Of a stretch of DNA of 64,000 nucleotides, positions 1-9,768 are shown piece after piece (position 1 is the stretch's first letter; each line of letters starts with the position of its first letter). The translations under genes were made by a program, and so were the position numbers. The DNA comes from Candidatus Magasanikiibacteriota bacterium. Lineage in GTDB: Bacteria; Patescibacteriota; Patescibacteriia; Magasanikbacterales; UBA922. The notes beneath the pieces are model-generated. The model made no database searches, was not told the DNA's origin, and worked only from the letters and a program-made list of their open reading frames with translations. Location of the stretch: the NCBI GenBank assembly GCA_052033375.1, contig JBPOJQ010000018.1, forward strand, positions 1,671 to 65,670. Direction: 5' to 3'.

Positions 1-792
1 TTCTTTCTCTTCGAGCGCCTGCAATTGCCCCTGATTGACCGCAGACGCAAGCGCATTGGTCGTCGTGACCCACACACCCTCATAGGTGCTATGATCGAAA
101 TCTTCATCCACACAACGCTGATTGAGTGTCTGTAATTGTTCGGTAGTAAATGTCGTATCTCGTACGGCATTCAAGAGTGATATGAAATCTGTATCTGTCT
201 GGCGATACATTTTTTCAAGCTCAATAATTTCCAATTCAAATGTTTCTTCTTCGAGCATTTTCTTCTGCTTATTTCCACCACATACATGTGCGGCAAAAAA
301 ATAGGGTGAATCATATCGCTCAGAAAAAAACTGTTGTTCACCTCTCGTGACTACTGGCGGCAACTGATAGAGGTCACCAATGAGGATCATCTGCACCCCA
401 CCGAATGGTTTTCGCTTATCCCGTCCCGCTTTCCGGAGAAATATATCAATGCAATCAAATAAGTCAGCACGGACCATAGAAATCTCATCAATAACAATTG
501 CATCCAATTCACGATAGATCTTTTTCTGTTCGTCGTCTCCTCGTGGATTCTTCACGGTATCAGGAGTAGTCTCTGGGGTAAACCCAAAAAATGAATGTAT
601 TGTCTGCCCTTCCACATTCACTGCCGCAACTCCAGTCGGCGCCAATACGACAATCTTTTTCTTGGTATGATGTCGAAAATATGTAAGCAAGGTTGACTTG
701 CCAGTCCCTGCCCTACCCGTAATAAAAAGATTCGTATGGGTGTTCTCCATACGATCCAGGGCTTTCTTGAACTGTGGATTTTTATCAATCAT
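1..792 (-). CDS. PIF1/RecD-like DNA helicase, N-terminal part; gene continues past window start
   Basis: Absent from ORF track because no stop lies inside the window. My translation from ATG at 792-790 (minus): MIDKNPQFKKALDRMENTHTNLFITGRAGTGKSTLLTYF...VVLAPTGVAAVN...AIVIDEISMV; Walker A/B pattern of AAA_30 PIF1/RecD helicases. Confidence 0.6.
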   Translation of the reverse strand, partial: MIDKNPQFKKALDRMENTHTNLFITGRAGTGKSTLLTYFRHHTKKKIVVLAPTGVAAVNVEGQTIHSFFGFTPETTPDTVKNPRGDDEQKKIYRELDAIVIDEISMVRADLFDCIDIFLRKAGRDKRKPFGGVQMILIGDLYQLPPVVTRGEQQFFSERYDSPYFFAAHVCGGNKQKKMLEEETFELEIIELEKMYRQTDTDFISLLNAVRDTTFTTEQLQTLNQRCVDEDFDHSTYEGVWVTTTNALASAVNQGQLQALEEKE

Positions 793-810
793 AGCATTAC
801 TCACTGTACC

Positions 811-1341
811 CTATAAGTGATACTTTTTCAATTCCTGCTCGCGTACTCGATAATCGGGTAATATACGAGAAACTTCTTTCCAAAACTGAGCCGAATGATT
901 ATGATGTCGCAAGTGACACAATTCATGTACCACCACATAATCCCGCAAGTCTTCAGATAAAAAAATAAGTTTATAATTAAAATTCAAATTTTCTTTGGTA
1001 GAACAGCTCCCCCACCTGCTCGACGTATTCTTGATAGAAATCCGTTTGAATGAAAAACCATGTAATCCTGCAAAGTATTTCACCCGCTCAGTAAGTATTT
1101 TTTTTGCTCGGGCTTTATTCGCATGATATGAGGGTGTTGGTACGGACGCAAGATTTTGCGTCCGTACTTTTGCCAACACTCCCTCAATCCAATCGTGCTT
1201 CGTTTTTACAAATTTCTCAATCACTGATTTTGGCACCAACTTTGGTGCAGTAACGCGCACTTTGCCTTTGGAGTTTACAGACAACGTGATGCGACGCAAC
1301 CGTGCGCGTCGTTGTAGAATAAAATCGTGCATAATATTCAA
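811..1341 (-). CDS. YgjP-like metal-dependent hydrolase (DUF45/WLM, HExxH)
   Basis: 176 aa; HELCHLRHHNHS zinc-metallopeptidase motif and overall YgjP/UTP-pyrophosphatase-like layout. Confidence 0.7.
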   Translation of the reverse strand: MNIMHDFILQRRARLRRITLSVNSKGKVRVTAPKLVPKSVIEKFVKTKHDWIEGVLAKVRTQNLASVPTPSYHANKARAKKILTERVKYFAGLHGFSFKRISIKNTSSRWGSCSTKENLNFNYKLIFLSEDLRDYVVVHELCHLRHHNHSAQFWKEVSRILPDYRVREQELKKYHL

Positions 1342-1844
1342 AAAACTTTGTTTTTATTTTGAATATATTCAATTGTTTTGTTATTCTCCAAAATTTTTGG
1401 ATTATTGAGAAATTCATTCACCACAATAACAGAAAGTCTATAAAAAGGTATCAAGTTTAAGATACACAGACCGTCAATTTCTTGTATTATTCTATCTTCT
1501 AACTCACCAATACGTAAAGAAACATTTGGTACCAAAACACTATGATGAGACAAAGTATTGCGGTAATAATCGTATAGTTTATCTATTGTTTTATCATCTA
1601 ATCCTAAATTATAGTAAGTTTTATTTTTTAAGATATTAAAATGGTTTCGTACATTTCCCAGTTCAACATAAGAACCTACACTATCAACAACAGATAATAA
1701 TATTAATGCCGCCGGGTATCCATAACAACCAGGGGCTGACCAAATATTTGTATCTTTTCTAAATTCGATACAATATTTGGCAACCAGTAACATCTCCGGA
1801 AGTGACTCATTAAGCATCGACGGTATATCAGGATGTACAGCCAT
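1338..1844 (-). CDS. hypothetical protein, 4-bp overlap with ygjP-like gene
   Basis: 168-aa ORF, no recognisable motif; overlap suggests co-transcription with YgjP-like and helicase genes. Confidence 0.4.
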   Translation of the reverse strand: MAVHPDIPSMLNESLPEMLLVAKYCIEFRKDTNIWSAPGCYGYPAALILLSVVDSVGSYVELGNVRNHFNILKNKTYYNLGLDDKTIDKLYDYYRNTLSHHSVLVPNVSLRIGELEDRIIQEIDGLCILNLIPFYRLSVIVVNEFLNNPKILENNKTIEYIQNKNKVF

Positions 1845-1865
1845 TTTACTAGTATATAATGAAAA

Positions 1866-2993
1866 TTAAGCACTCTTAACCGCCTCCGCAACTCGCTCCG
1901 CCACACGCTTATCAAATACATCAGGAATGATGTTCTCTTCAGAAGGATTTTCAACGCACGAAGCAATCGCTCTCGCTGCCACAAGTTTCATTTCAGTCGT
2001 GACAGTGCGAATTCTCGCATCCAAAAGCCCTCGAAAAATTCCGGGGAAGGCAAGCACATTATTAATCTGATTTGGAAAATCACTTCTACCAGTTGCGACA
2101 ATTCGGGCTCCCCCAGCTTTTGCCTCGTCGGGCATAATTTCAGGAGTCGGATTTGCGAGTGCACAGACAATCGCATCAGTGTTCATAGTCTGAACCATTT
2201 CAGTATTCAAGACTCCTGCTTTGCTCACACCGATAAAAACATCTGCACCTGCAATTGATTCAACAAGTTTCCCTTTCACCATTTCTCGATTCGTAATTCT
2301 CGCCATCTCAATTTTCTCATCATTCAAATCTTCTCTGCCTTCATAAATAGTTCCCGCAGAATCAACGAGAATAATCGAAGTTGCTCCAGCGGCAATAAGC
2401 AGTTTTGCAATTGCAATTCCAGCCGCACCTGCGCCATTAATAACTATGTGTGCAGTCTCAATTGATTTGCCAGTAACGTTAAACGCGTTAATCAATCCAG
2501 CTAGAACAACAATTGCAGTACCATGCTGATCATCATGAAAAACTGGAATGTCCAACAGTTCGCTCAATTTTCTCTCTACCTCAAAACATCGAGGAGCAGA
2601 AATATCTTCAAGATTAATTCCACCAAATCCCGGAGAAATCCGAACCACAGTTTCAACAATTTCATCTACATTCTGCGTATTAAGTACAATAGGAAAAGCA
2701 TCAACTCCGCCAAATTCTTTGAACAAAATACATTTCCCTTCCATGACTGGAAGCCCTGCCTCAGGACCGATATTACCGAGTCCTAGTACCGCACTCCCAT
2801 CAGACACTACCGCAACCAAATTTCCTTTTCGTGTGTAGTCGTACACTTTTGACACATCGGTAGCAATTTCTTTACATGGCAAAGCAACTCCTGGAGTATA
2901 CGCAAGACTTAGTTCCTCACGATTAGTTACCGGAACACGAGAAACTATTTCTATTTTTCCTTTATATTTTTTATGAAATTCAAGTGCATCCAT
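1866..2993 (-). CDS. NAD(P)-dependent malic enzyme (small form)
   Basis: 375 aa; malic enzyme N-terminal and NAD-binding Rossmann domains (VVSDGSAVLGLGNIGPEAGLPVMEGK; GAGAAGIAIAKLL). Confidence 0.85.
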   Translation of the reverse strand: MDALEFHKKYKGKIEIVSRVPVTNREELSLAYTPGVALPCKEIATDVSKVYDYTRKGNLVAVVSDGSAVLGLGNIGPEAGLPVMEGKCILFKEFGGVDAFPIVLNTQNVDEIVETVVRISPGFGGINLEDISAPRCFEVERKLSELLDIPVFHDDQHGTAIVVLAGLINAFNVTGKSIETAHIVINGAGAAGIAIAKLLIAAGATSIILVDSAGTIYEGREDLNDEKIEMARITNREMVKGKLVESIAGADVFIGVSKAGVLNTEMVQTMNTDAIVCALANPTPEIMPDEAKAGGARIVATGRSDFPNQINNVLAFPGIFRGLLDARIRTVTTEMKLVAARAIASCVENPSEENIIPDVFDKRVAERVAEAVKSA

Positions 2994-2995
2994 AA

Positions 2996-4033
2996 TTAGC
3001 GTAAATACTTATATACATTCGCCGTATGCTCATCCGCAGTCTTTGAATAAATGACTTTTCCTGTATCAAGAGTAGTCAGGAAAAACCAATAATTATTCGG
3101 CGTAGGATGAAGTACTGCATTGATTGAGGACATACTTGGAATTGCAATAGGACCAGCCGGAAGACCTGGATACTTATATGTATTCCACGGAGAATCAATA
3201 GCTCGGTCACTAGCACTCGTAAATACACTGTCAGGAGTGCCTACTACATAATGAACACTCGAATCAGTCTGCAGTGCCCAGCCAGCATTAAGTCGTCGAA
3301 AAAATAAATCTGCAACCATCTTCCGATCTTCTTCGCTTCGCACTTCCTTTTCAATCACACTTGCAATCGTCAAAACCTCATGAACGCTCAAACCAGATTT
3401 CTGGATATCTTGTTTCAAAGTCTCAATCTGTTCCTCTCGCTCTCTAATAAATTTATCCACAATTTCAGACAAAGTAGCATTCGCAAACACATTGAATGTT
3501 TCTGGCGCCAAATATCCTTCAAGACTCACTGCTTCAGGTTTTCCTGCAAATAAAAACGTTTTTGAATCAATATGGTATTCAGGTTTTTGAAATTCCGCAG
3601 GCCGTCCCAACAATGCATACACCTCTGCTTCACGTGCAATTCCCTCTTTCTCAAAATATGCTGCAATATCACGCAGTGTTGATCCCGGAATAATAGTCAC
3701 CACTCGTTCTGCCCCAGACTTTTCTTGTGCAAGTAATCGAGCAACCTCAGCAATCGTCATAGAGGTATCAAAAACAATTGTGCCATGGGTAATTGAACGA
3801 TCGAATTTTTTCCATGCAATATATTTTTGTAAAATTGAAGCACTCGAAACTATCTGTGCATCTTCAAGGCGCTGTGCAATCGAGGCTACGCGCTCACCCT
3901 GCTCAATCGTAAAAGAAACGTCAGAGGTAAAATCAAACTTCTCAACATAAATTTTTCTATACAACACAAAACCAAAGATGCCCAAAACAAGAACGAGTAC
4001 AAATAATAGTCGTTTCACCAACACCGCATTCAT
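2996..4033 (-). CDS. mltG: endolytic murein transglycosylase MltG/YceG
   Basis: 345 aa; N-terminal TM then YceG-like domain. Confidence 0.8.
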   Translation of the reverse strand: MNAVLVKRLLFVLVLVLGIFGFVLYRKIYVEKFDFTSDVSFTIEQGERVASIAQRLEDAQIVSSASILQKYIAWKKFDRSITHGTIVFDTSMTIAEVARLLAQEKSGAERVVTIIPGSTLRDIAAYFEKEGIAREAEVYALLGRPAEFQKPEYHIDSKTFLFAGKPEAVSLEGYLAPETFNVFANATLSEIVDKFIREREEQIETLKQDIQKSGLSVHEVLTIASVIEKEVRSEEDRKMVADLFFRRLNAGWALQTDSSVHYVVGTPDSVFTSASDRAIDSPWNTYKYPGLPAGPIAIPSMSSINAVLHPTPNNYWFFLTTLDTGKVIYSKTADEHTANVYKYLR

Positions 4034-5082
4034 AAGTAATTTTCTTTACCGTCTTCTTGAAGTTTAGACAGCAATGTTTTGATTTCAGGGACCTGATCCT
4101 TATGTACCACCAAAAGCGCATCTTTGGTATTCACGACAATCATACCCTTCAGACCAATCACAGAGACCAGTTTATCTGGCTCATCATTGAAGATAAAAGA
4201 ATCACTCGATCCTATCTCGTAGGTATTACCGATCATAACTGTTTGATCGGGACTACGTTGTAATGCCTCTTTCAATGCATACAGGGTTCCCGGATCACTC
4301 CAACCCAAATCAACAGGCAACACAACTGCCTGAGATTTATCAATTTTTTCAATAATTGCATTATCAAAAGAAGAAGACAATACGCCTGGATATTCAGTTT
4401 CCAAATCACGCGATCCTTGAACCATTTGGAGCACTGCCTCGTATAATTCTTTTTGGTGTTTCTGGTATAACCCTAAAACAAAATCAATATCTGCAACAAA
4501 ATATCCTGGATTCCACTGCCACATACCCGAGTCAAACATTTCTTCACACTCAATCACATCAGGACGGTACTTCCAACCTTCAAAAGAAAACGCTCCTTCT
4601 TCAAGCTCTCTACCCACCTGAATCCAGCCTAGATTATGATTAGGGAATCGTGGTTTTTCTGCAAGAAAAATAAAACGATTACTATCTTCAGCAATCAATT
4701 CTTCAGCCCGAAGAAGAGCTGCACGAAAATTATCAGGCCGTTCCATAAAATGATCCGCCCAAAGCAAGGCAATCGTACCTGAAACCCCCTTCTGTTTGAG
4801 TCGCAAAAGTCCGAGCAATACTGCGGCTGCCAAATCTCTCCTGGCAGGCTCACTCATAACGTGATCTGGAGATATTCCTGAAATCTGTGTCTGTACCAAA
4901 TCCACATACCGACTATTAGTTGATATATAGATATGTTCGAGCCCAAACGATGAAATACGCTCTACCGCCATCTGAAGTGTAGAGGTATCATCTTTTAATT
5001 TTTCAAACTGCTTAGGCGACTTTGATCGGCTGATAGGCCATAATCTCGTCCCCGCTCCACCGGCAAAAATAAGAAAATTCAT
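4030..5082 (-). CDS. mannose-1-phosphate guanylyltransferase
   Basis: MNFLIFAGGAGTRLWPISRSKSPKQF sugar-nucleotidyltransferase signature; start moved to internal Met. Confidence 0.75.
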   Translation of the reverse strand: MNFLIFAGGAGTRLWPISRSKSPKQFEKLKDDTSTLQMAVERISSFGLEHIYISTNSRYVDLVQTQISGISPDHVMSEPARRDLAAAVLLGLLRLKQKGVSGTIALLWADHFMERPDNFRAALLRAEELIAEDSNRFIFLAEKPRFPNHNLGWIQVGRELEEGAFSFEGWKYRPDVIECEEMFDSGMWQWNPGYFVADIDFVLGLYQKHQKELYEAVLQMVQGSRDLETEYPGVLSSSFDNAIIEKIDKSQAVVLPVDLGWSDPGTLYALKEALQRSPDQTVMIGNTYEIGSSDSFIFNDEPDKLVSVIGLKGMIVVNTKDALLVVHKDQVPEIKTLLSKLQEDGKENYL

Positions 5083-5093
5083 AGACACGTACC

Positions 5094-5708
5094 TTACCAC
5101 AAGTGCGTAATTGGTTCAACAATATGGTACCAAAACCAGGGCAAGAGGAGGATAACCACATGTGCCACCACAAATCCACCCACAATATCCCTCGGATAAT
5201 GCACACCCACATATACCCGGGACACGGAAACCAGTACTGCAGAGATGTACATCACAATCACCAACCACCACGGAGTCGTAGGAATCAACAATAATATCCC
5301 CGCCAAAAGAAAAGAACCAATGGTATGATCAGAGGGGAACGATTTCCAGGTACCCACGGTATGTACCAATTGTGTACTTTCTGGAAATTCAATTCGTGGA
5401 CGCGGATGTCGAAAGATGATACCGAACAGATAACTTACAAATTCAGCGTACAAAAATGAAACAAAAAATAATTTGATATATTGAATCACCCAAAAATCAT
5501 TTCCCCAACCCAAATCGTACAATCCCAATCCAAGCACTAATCCAAGCATGACAAACACCAAAGTCTTAGCACAAAAAATCATGAATCGATCACGTTGAGG
5601 ATTTTTCCCAATAAACGAGTTGATTCTCAAAAATAATGTATGACTCCAGGATAATTTCATAAAAAAGCTCAAAATGCTAGAAAAGCAGAAAAGGCTTAGA
5701 GACTTCAA
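5094..5708 (-). CDS. PAP2-family phosphatase (membrane)
   Basis: PSDHT...SRVYVGVHYPRDIV PAP2 motifs, multiple TM segments. Confidence 0.7.
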   Translation of the reverse strand: MKSLSLFCFSSILSFFMKLSWSHTLFLRINSFIGKNPQRDRFMIFCAKTLVFVMLGLVLGLGLYDLGWGNDFWVIQYIKLFFVSFLYAEFVSYLFGIIFRHPRPRIEFPESTQLVHTVGTWKSFPSDHTIGSFLLAGILLLIPTTPWWLVIVMYISAVLVSVSRVYVGVHYPRDIVGGFVVAHVVILLLPWFWYHIVEPITHLW

Positions 5709-5744
5709 ATCAACTTTTTTGGCTTTTCAGCCATTTTAAGTCTT

Positions 5745-6851
5745 TCAAGCCTTTTTCAAAAAACGTAAATACGCCTCAACAAACTCATCCAAATCTCCGT
5801 TCAAGATTGCATCAGTATCTGCGGTCTCATGTCTCGTACGCACATCTTTTACCATTTTATATGGCTGAAGAACATATGATCTGATCTGATTCCCCCATTC
5901 AGCACTTTTGTACTCTCCACGCAGTTTCAATCGTTCCTCCTCTTCCTTTTCTTCTTGAAGCTTGAGCAATTTTGAAAGCAATACTTTCATTGCAGTTTCT
6001 TTATTCTGTAATTGTGAACGTTCATTTTGACATTGTACCACAATTCCCGTGGGTATATGCACAATACGAACAGCGGAGTACGTCGTATTGACACTCTGTC
6101 CACCTTTTCCTCCGGACATAAACGTATCAATACGCAAATCTTTTGGATCGATAGTCACCGCATCAGCACTTTCTACTTCAGGAATTACTTCAATTAGCGC
6201 AAACGACGTATGTCGCATTTGTTCTGCGTCAAACGGAGAAATTCGTACTAGTCGATGTGTACCATGCTCAGATTTCAGATGTCCGTATGCATATCGTCCC
6301 TGAACACTAAATGTGACGGATTTGATTCCAGCCTCATTCCCACGCGATTCATCAATCATCGTCGTTGACCAACCTTTCTTCTCACAATAGCGCATGACCA
6401 TGCGTAGAAGCATCTCTGCCCAGTCCTGTGCTTCAGTCCCCCCACTACCCGCGTGAATAGAAACTATTGCCCCTAGCCTGTCGTGCTTTCCATTCATTAA
6501 AACCAAAAATTCCAATTTTTCAAATTTCTTTTCAAGCTCTTCTGTCTTTGTCACTACCTCTACCTCGAATGACTCATCTGGGCTTTCAACTAAATCTTGT
6601 GCAAATAAAAAAAGATCACGAGTTTCTTTCTGAAGTGTTTCCCACGTTTCAATCTCAGATACCAAATTTTCCCGCTGTTTTGACACCTGCCCAGCTCTGA
6701 CAGGGTCTGTCCAAAATCCCGGATCTTGCATGTTTTTTTCCAGATGAACCACTTGTTCCTTAAGCTCATCAATCCGAAGAAGTTTCCAGGTTTCTGAAAC
6801 CTTTCTCTGCAATTCTCCAAGTCGGTCAATTGTGTTAGTAAGTACACTCAT
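5745..6851 (-). CDS. prfB: peptide chain release factor 2
   Basis: 368 aa; GGQ motif (SGGKGGQSVNTTYSAVRIVHIPTGIVVQCQNERSQ), SPF tripeptide; single uninterrupted frame (no +1 frameshift site). Confidence 0.85.
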   Translation of the reverse strand: MSVLTNTIDRLGELQRKVSETWKLLRIDELKEQVVHLEKNMQDPGFWTDPVRAGQVSKQRENLVSEIETWETLQKETRDLFLFAQDLVESPDESFEVEVVTKTEELEKKFEKLEFLVLMNGKHDRLGAIVSIHAGSGGTEAQDWAEMLLRMVMRYCEKKGWSTTMIDESRGNEAGIKSVTFSVQGRYAYGHLKSEHGTHRLVRISPFDAEQMRHTSFALIEVIPEVESADAVTIDPKDLRIDTFMSGGKGGQSVNTTYSAVRIVHIPTGIVVQCQNERSQLQNKETAMKVLLSKLLKLQEEKEEEERLKLRGEYKSAEWGNQIRSYVLQPYKMVKDVRTRHETADTDAILNGDLDEFVEAYLRFLKKA

Positions 6852-6957
6852 AATGTTCTAAGTTTAGCAAAAAATGAAAGAAATTCAAGCTTAAAAAATA
6901 AGTACCCTCGCAATGCCGAAGCAAATGCGAGGGTATACAGGTCAGAATCATCCAGGC

Positions 6958-7605
6958 CTATCTGAGTGCGGCGAGGAAATATTGCACATCGGAACGGAAA
7001 CAGAAATCCTCTTCCATCCGATGAAAGAGGAGAGTCCAGCCAGTGTCATTCAGATACAGACAGGGAATGAAGTGCTGTCCACCACGATTACGCAGCAGTG
7101 TGCCTGCGAAGATGATGAATCGCTGTACCCACTCCCAGCCAGTACCGAGGAGTCCGACACGAATGCGCAGAAACTCCGCATGCCAGAGCCCCAGATTTGC
7201 ATCGAGCTCGAGCGCTCGTGCACGCATCTGCTCGGAAGAACATTTTTTTTCGCCATCACGAAGGAAAGGAACGAGCTTGATCCCCTGACTGAGATCGAGG
7301 GACGGAACACTCGTAACGATTTCGAGACCATGCTTGTGAGCGATTAGGTCTTCTGGTAGAGGAAAGAACCTCCCCTCAGTGAGACACTGGAGCATTTGAA
7401 GCATGAATTCAGGATGGTAGGGGTACCCGCTATCCTGACCCAGTTGACGCTGAACTTCCCCCAGACGTCTAAGAGCAGTTTTCAGTTGATCGCCAGAGAG
7501 CTTAAAGCCCACGACAACCTCCCATGTGATCAGTCTCCGCTCGCCAACACGCCATATGTCGACAAACAAAGACTCGGTAAAGGACAGTATACAGCATGTT
7601 ACCAC
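6958..7605 (-). CDS. hypothetical protein in GC-rich islet
   Basis: 215-aa ORF in a roughly 50% GC segment (6.9-7.6 kb) that contrasts with the AT-rich flanks; no family recognised; an overlapping plus-strand ORF (6913-7347) is probably spurious. Confidence 0.25.
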   Translation of the reverse strand: MVTCCILSFTESLFVDIWRVGERRLITWEVVVGFKLSGDQLKTALRRLGEVQRQLGQDSGYPYHPEFMLQMLQCLTEGRFFPLPEDLIAHKHGLEIVTSVPSLDLSQGIKLVPFLRDGEKKCSSEQMRARALELDANLGLWHAEFLRIRVGLLGTGWEWVQRFIIFAGTLLRNRGGQHFIPCLYLNDTGWTLLFHRMEEDFCFRSDVQYFLAALR

Positions 7606-7619
7606 AGAATAAATTTTCT

Positions 7620-7660
7620 GTCAATACAAAAACTCCCCGCTTTAGACGGAGAGTAATTTT
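7620..7660 (-). terminator. rho-independent terminator hairpin (copy 1 of a repeated terminator)
   Basis: minus-strand CTCTCCG-tctaaag-CGGGGAG followed by TTTTTGTATTG, directly after the stop of the 687-aa gene; 28-nt core caatacaaaaactccccgctttagacgg is identical to 10941-10968. Confidence 0.6.
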
Positions 7661-7677
7661 TATAATGGAATAAACAA

Positions 7678-9741
7678 CTAATTTAAGGTGCCACCCACTA
7701 CATCAGGATACCCGCTCCACCGAGGCTCCATTTTTTTAAGGTCAGTAAAGGTAATATCGAGAGGTTCACCTCCATATCCTCTAGTATCATACCCCCATAC
7801 AATTCCACTATCATGTACATCCTGTATGCTTCCTTGAGCATAACGATCAGTAACATTAGAAAATGTGCCTCTAACTTCATAGAGCACAGTTTCACCATTT
7901 TGAACTACACGATTACTCATACCCCCTGCACCCAAATTATCGAATAGAACCAAATTAACAAAACCAGTATATCCAGGAGTCTGAGTCTGAAGCCTATAAA
8001 CCCCGCTTACTGCAGTAGGCACTGCATACAAAGATATACACGATCCCGTACTTACACGGCATAATTTAGTGCTCGTTACATTTGCATCAGTTGCAAGTTG
8101 TAATTTCATACTCACCAAATATGCGCTCAGCGAATCACCAAGTACATCAGTATTTACACCAGAATCTGCAGTGACCGCAAAGGTAAAAAATGTTTGCTCA
8201 CCGCCTAAAAGATTGCCATTCTGGAAAGTTGATGCAACATTAGTAACCTGAGAACCAATTGAAGTCACTATTTTGGTGTAGACATTTTCAGTGGCAACCA
8301 CATTTTGTGGCAACAGATCTACACCAGACACAACACCCATAGCGGCTGTTTGAGCATCCTTAAGTCCAAAATTAAGGCTTACATTAGAAACTGCGGCACT
8401 GCTCGTATTAGATGCCGGTCCAATACGATTAAGTCCTACTCCAATATAGAGATATTTAGTTGTATTTTTTGACACAACATGATTCAAATTTTGAAACACA
8501 ACAGTACCAAGACTTGTTGGCATAATTCCAAGTGGTATAGTCATTGCAGAATCTTTATAAATCGTAATCGAATGAAACGTATTCTTTACATCAACCAAAG
8601 AGTCTGAAGATAATATATTCAACCCTAACTGTTTTATTTTTACATCTTCCCCAGAGGCACTGAGCTGTACTCTACCTATAAGATGCTTCTGTGTACCCGC
8701 AAGCACATAGTGATCATTTCGAAGACCCGTATAATTGGTATCAATTGTAGCATTCAAGTATGTCGAAGTCGGTGTTGCTGGTGTAGACGAAGCTGCGGCC
8801 TGTGTGACCATAACAGTCCTCGCTAGTCCTCCACTAACAACCGTGACGACCGCACTTCGAGTAGAAGCTACGGCATTTGCAGTATAGGAAACAGTTAGAC
8901 TTCCATTGTTTGAGCCATTGGCAGGTACAACCGTCAACCAATCCTGATTATCACTTACGGTCCAACTACGGTTTGAACTTATAGTAATAGTATTATTACT
9001 TCCTGCACTCGCTGGAACACTCACTGTTTCAGGAGAAACGGATAAAAATGGACTGCTCGTAACAGTAGACGAAGCTGCGGCCTGTGTGACCATAACAGTC
9101 TGAGTGATCGCTCCAGCAACAATCGTAACTACCCCACTTCGGCTGGAAGCAACACTGTTAGCGGTATAAGAAATTGAAAGTGTCCCATTATTTGAACCAG
9201 TCAAAGGTGAAACAGTCAACCAATCCTGATTATCACTTACATTCCAGCTAACACTTGACGATACAGCAACAGATGCATTACTACCAGCGGTTGATGGAAC
9301 ATCAAGCGTAGTAGGAAACACTGATAATGATCCCGTAGATGGAGGTGTTGAGGTTGCTACATTTACACATGCACCCTCCACACATTGATAATTAACCCCA
9401 GTTTGACCAATATTTAACTCTCCACAATTTTTCTGCCATGTTTGAAAACCCCGTTTTTTACACACACCCTCCATTACATACGTTTTTCCTGTAGTTGGAA
9501 ACGTATAACAACGATCAGTACTCGTACCACCATTATACGTCGTTGTTGATTTTACGAATAATTGCCTTTCATCAAAAGTTGCATCGACGGGTGCATCTAA
9601 ATCTCTACACCCCTGAAATTTATTATTGGTAGTCAACGCTGGGATGAATGCAAATGCACTTGCAACAGCAAGAAAAGCAGTTGCTACTGCTAATTTGGTA
9701 TTGGTCGAAGTTTTTGTTAACGTCGAAGTCATGGTATTCAT
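7678..9741 (-). CDS. secreted/surface protein with Cys-rich N-terminal module and two tandem BACON-like beta-sandwich repeats
   Basis: 687 aa; signal peptide; two ~93-aa repeats (…DNQDWLTV…GSNNG(T/S)L(S/T)(I/V)SYTANxVAS(S/T)RS…V…TQAAASST) visible also as nt-level tandem duplication near 8.80 and 9.08 kb. Confidence 0.55.
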   Translation of the reverse strand: MNTMTSTLTKTSTNTKLAVATAFLAVASAFAFIPALTTNNKFQGCRDLDAPVDATFDERQLFVKSTTTYNGGTSTDRCYTFPTTGKTYVMEGVCKKRGFQTWQKNCGELNIGQTGVNYQCVEGACVNVATSTPPSTGSLSVFPTTLDVPSTAGSNASVAVSSSVSWNVSDNQDWLTVSPLTGSNNGTLSISYTANSVASSRSGVVTIVAGAITQTVMVTQAAASSTVTSSPFLSVSPETVSVPASAGSNNTITISSNRSWTVSDNQDWLTVVPANGSNNGSLTVSYTANAVASTRSAVVTVVSGGLARTVMVTQAAASSTPATPTSTYLNATIDTNYTGLRNDHYVLAGTQKHLIGRVQLSASGEDVKIKQLGLNILSSDSLVDVKNTFHSITIYKDSAMTIPLGIMPTSLGTVVFQNLNHVVSKNTTKYLYIGVGLNRIGPASNTSSAAVSNVSLNFGLKDAQTAAMGVVSGVDLLPQNVVATENVYTKIVTSIGSQVTNVASTFQNGNLLGGEQTFFTFAVTADSGVNTDVLGDSLSAYLVSMKLQLATDANVTSTKLCRVSTGSCISLYAVPTAVSGVYRLQTQTPGYTGFVNLVLFDNLGAGGMSNRVVQNGETVLYEVRGTFSNVTDRYAQGSIQDVHDSGIVWGYDTRGYGGEPLDITFTDLKKMEPRWSGYPDVVGGTLN

Positions 9742-9768
9742 AATTGTAATAAAAAATAAGGTTAAAAA

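Noticed and set aside
5745-6851. Programmed +1 frameshift in prfB
   Set aside because: The RF2 frame is continuous over 368 aa with no in-frame UGA near codon 25, so this organism's prfB does not use autoregulatory frameshifting. It also argues against UGA recoding (code 25).
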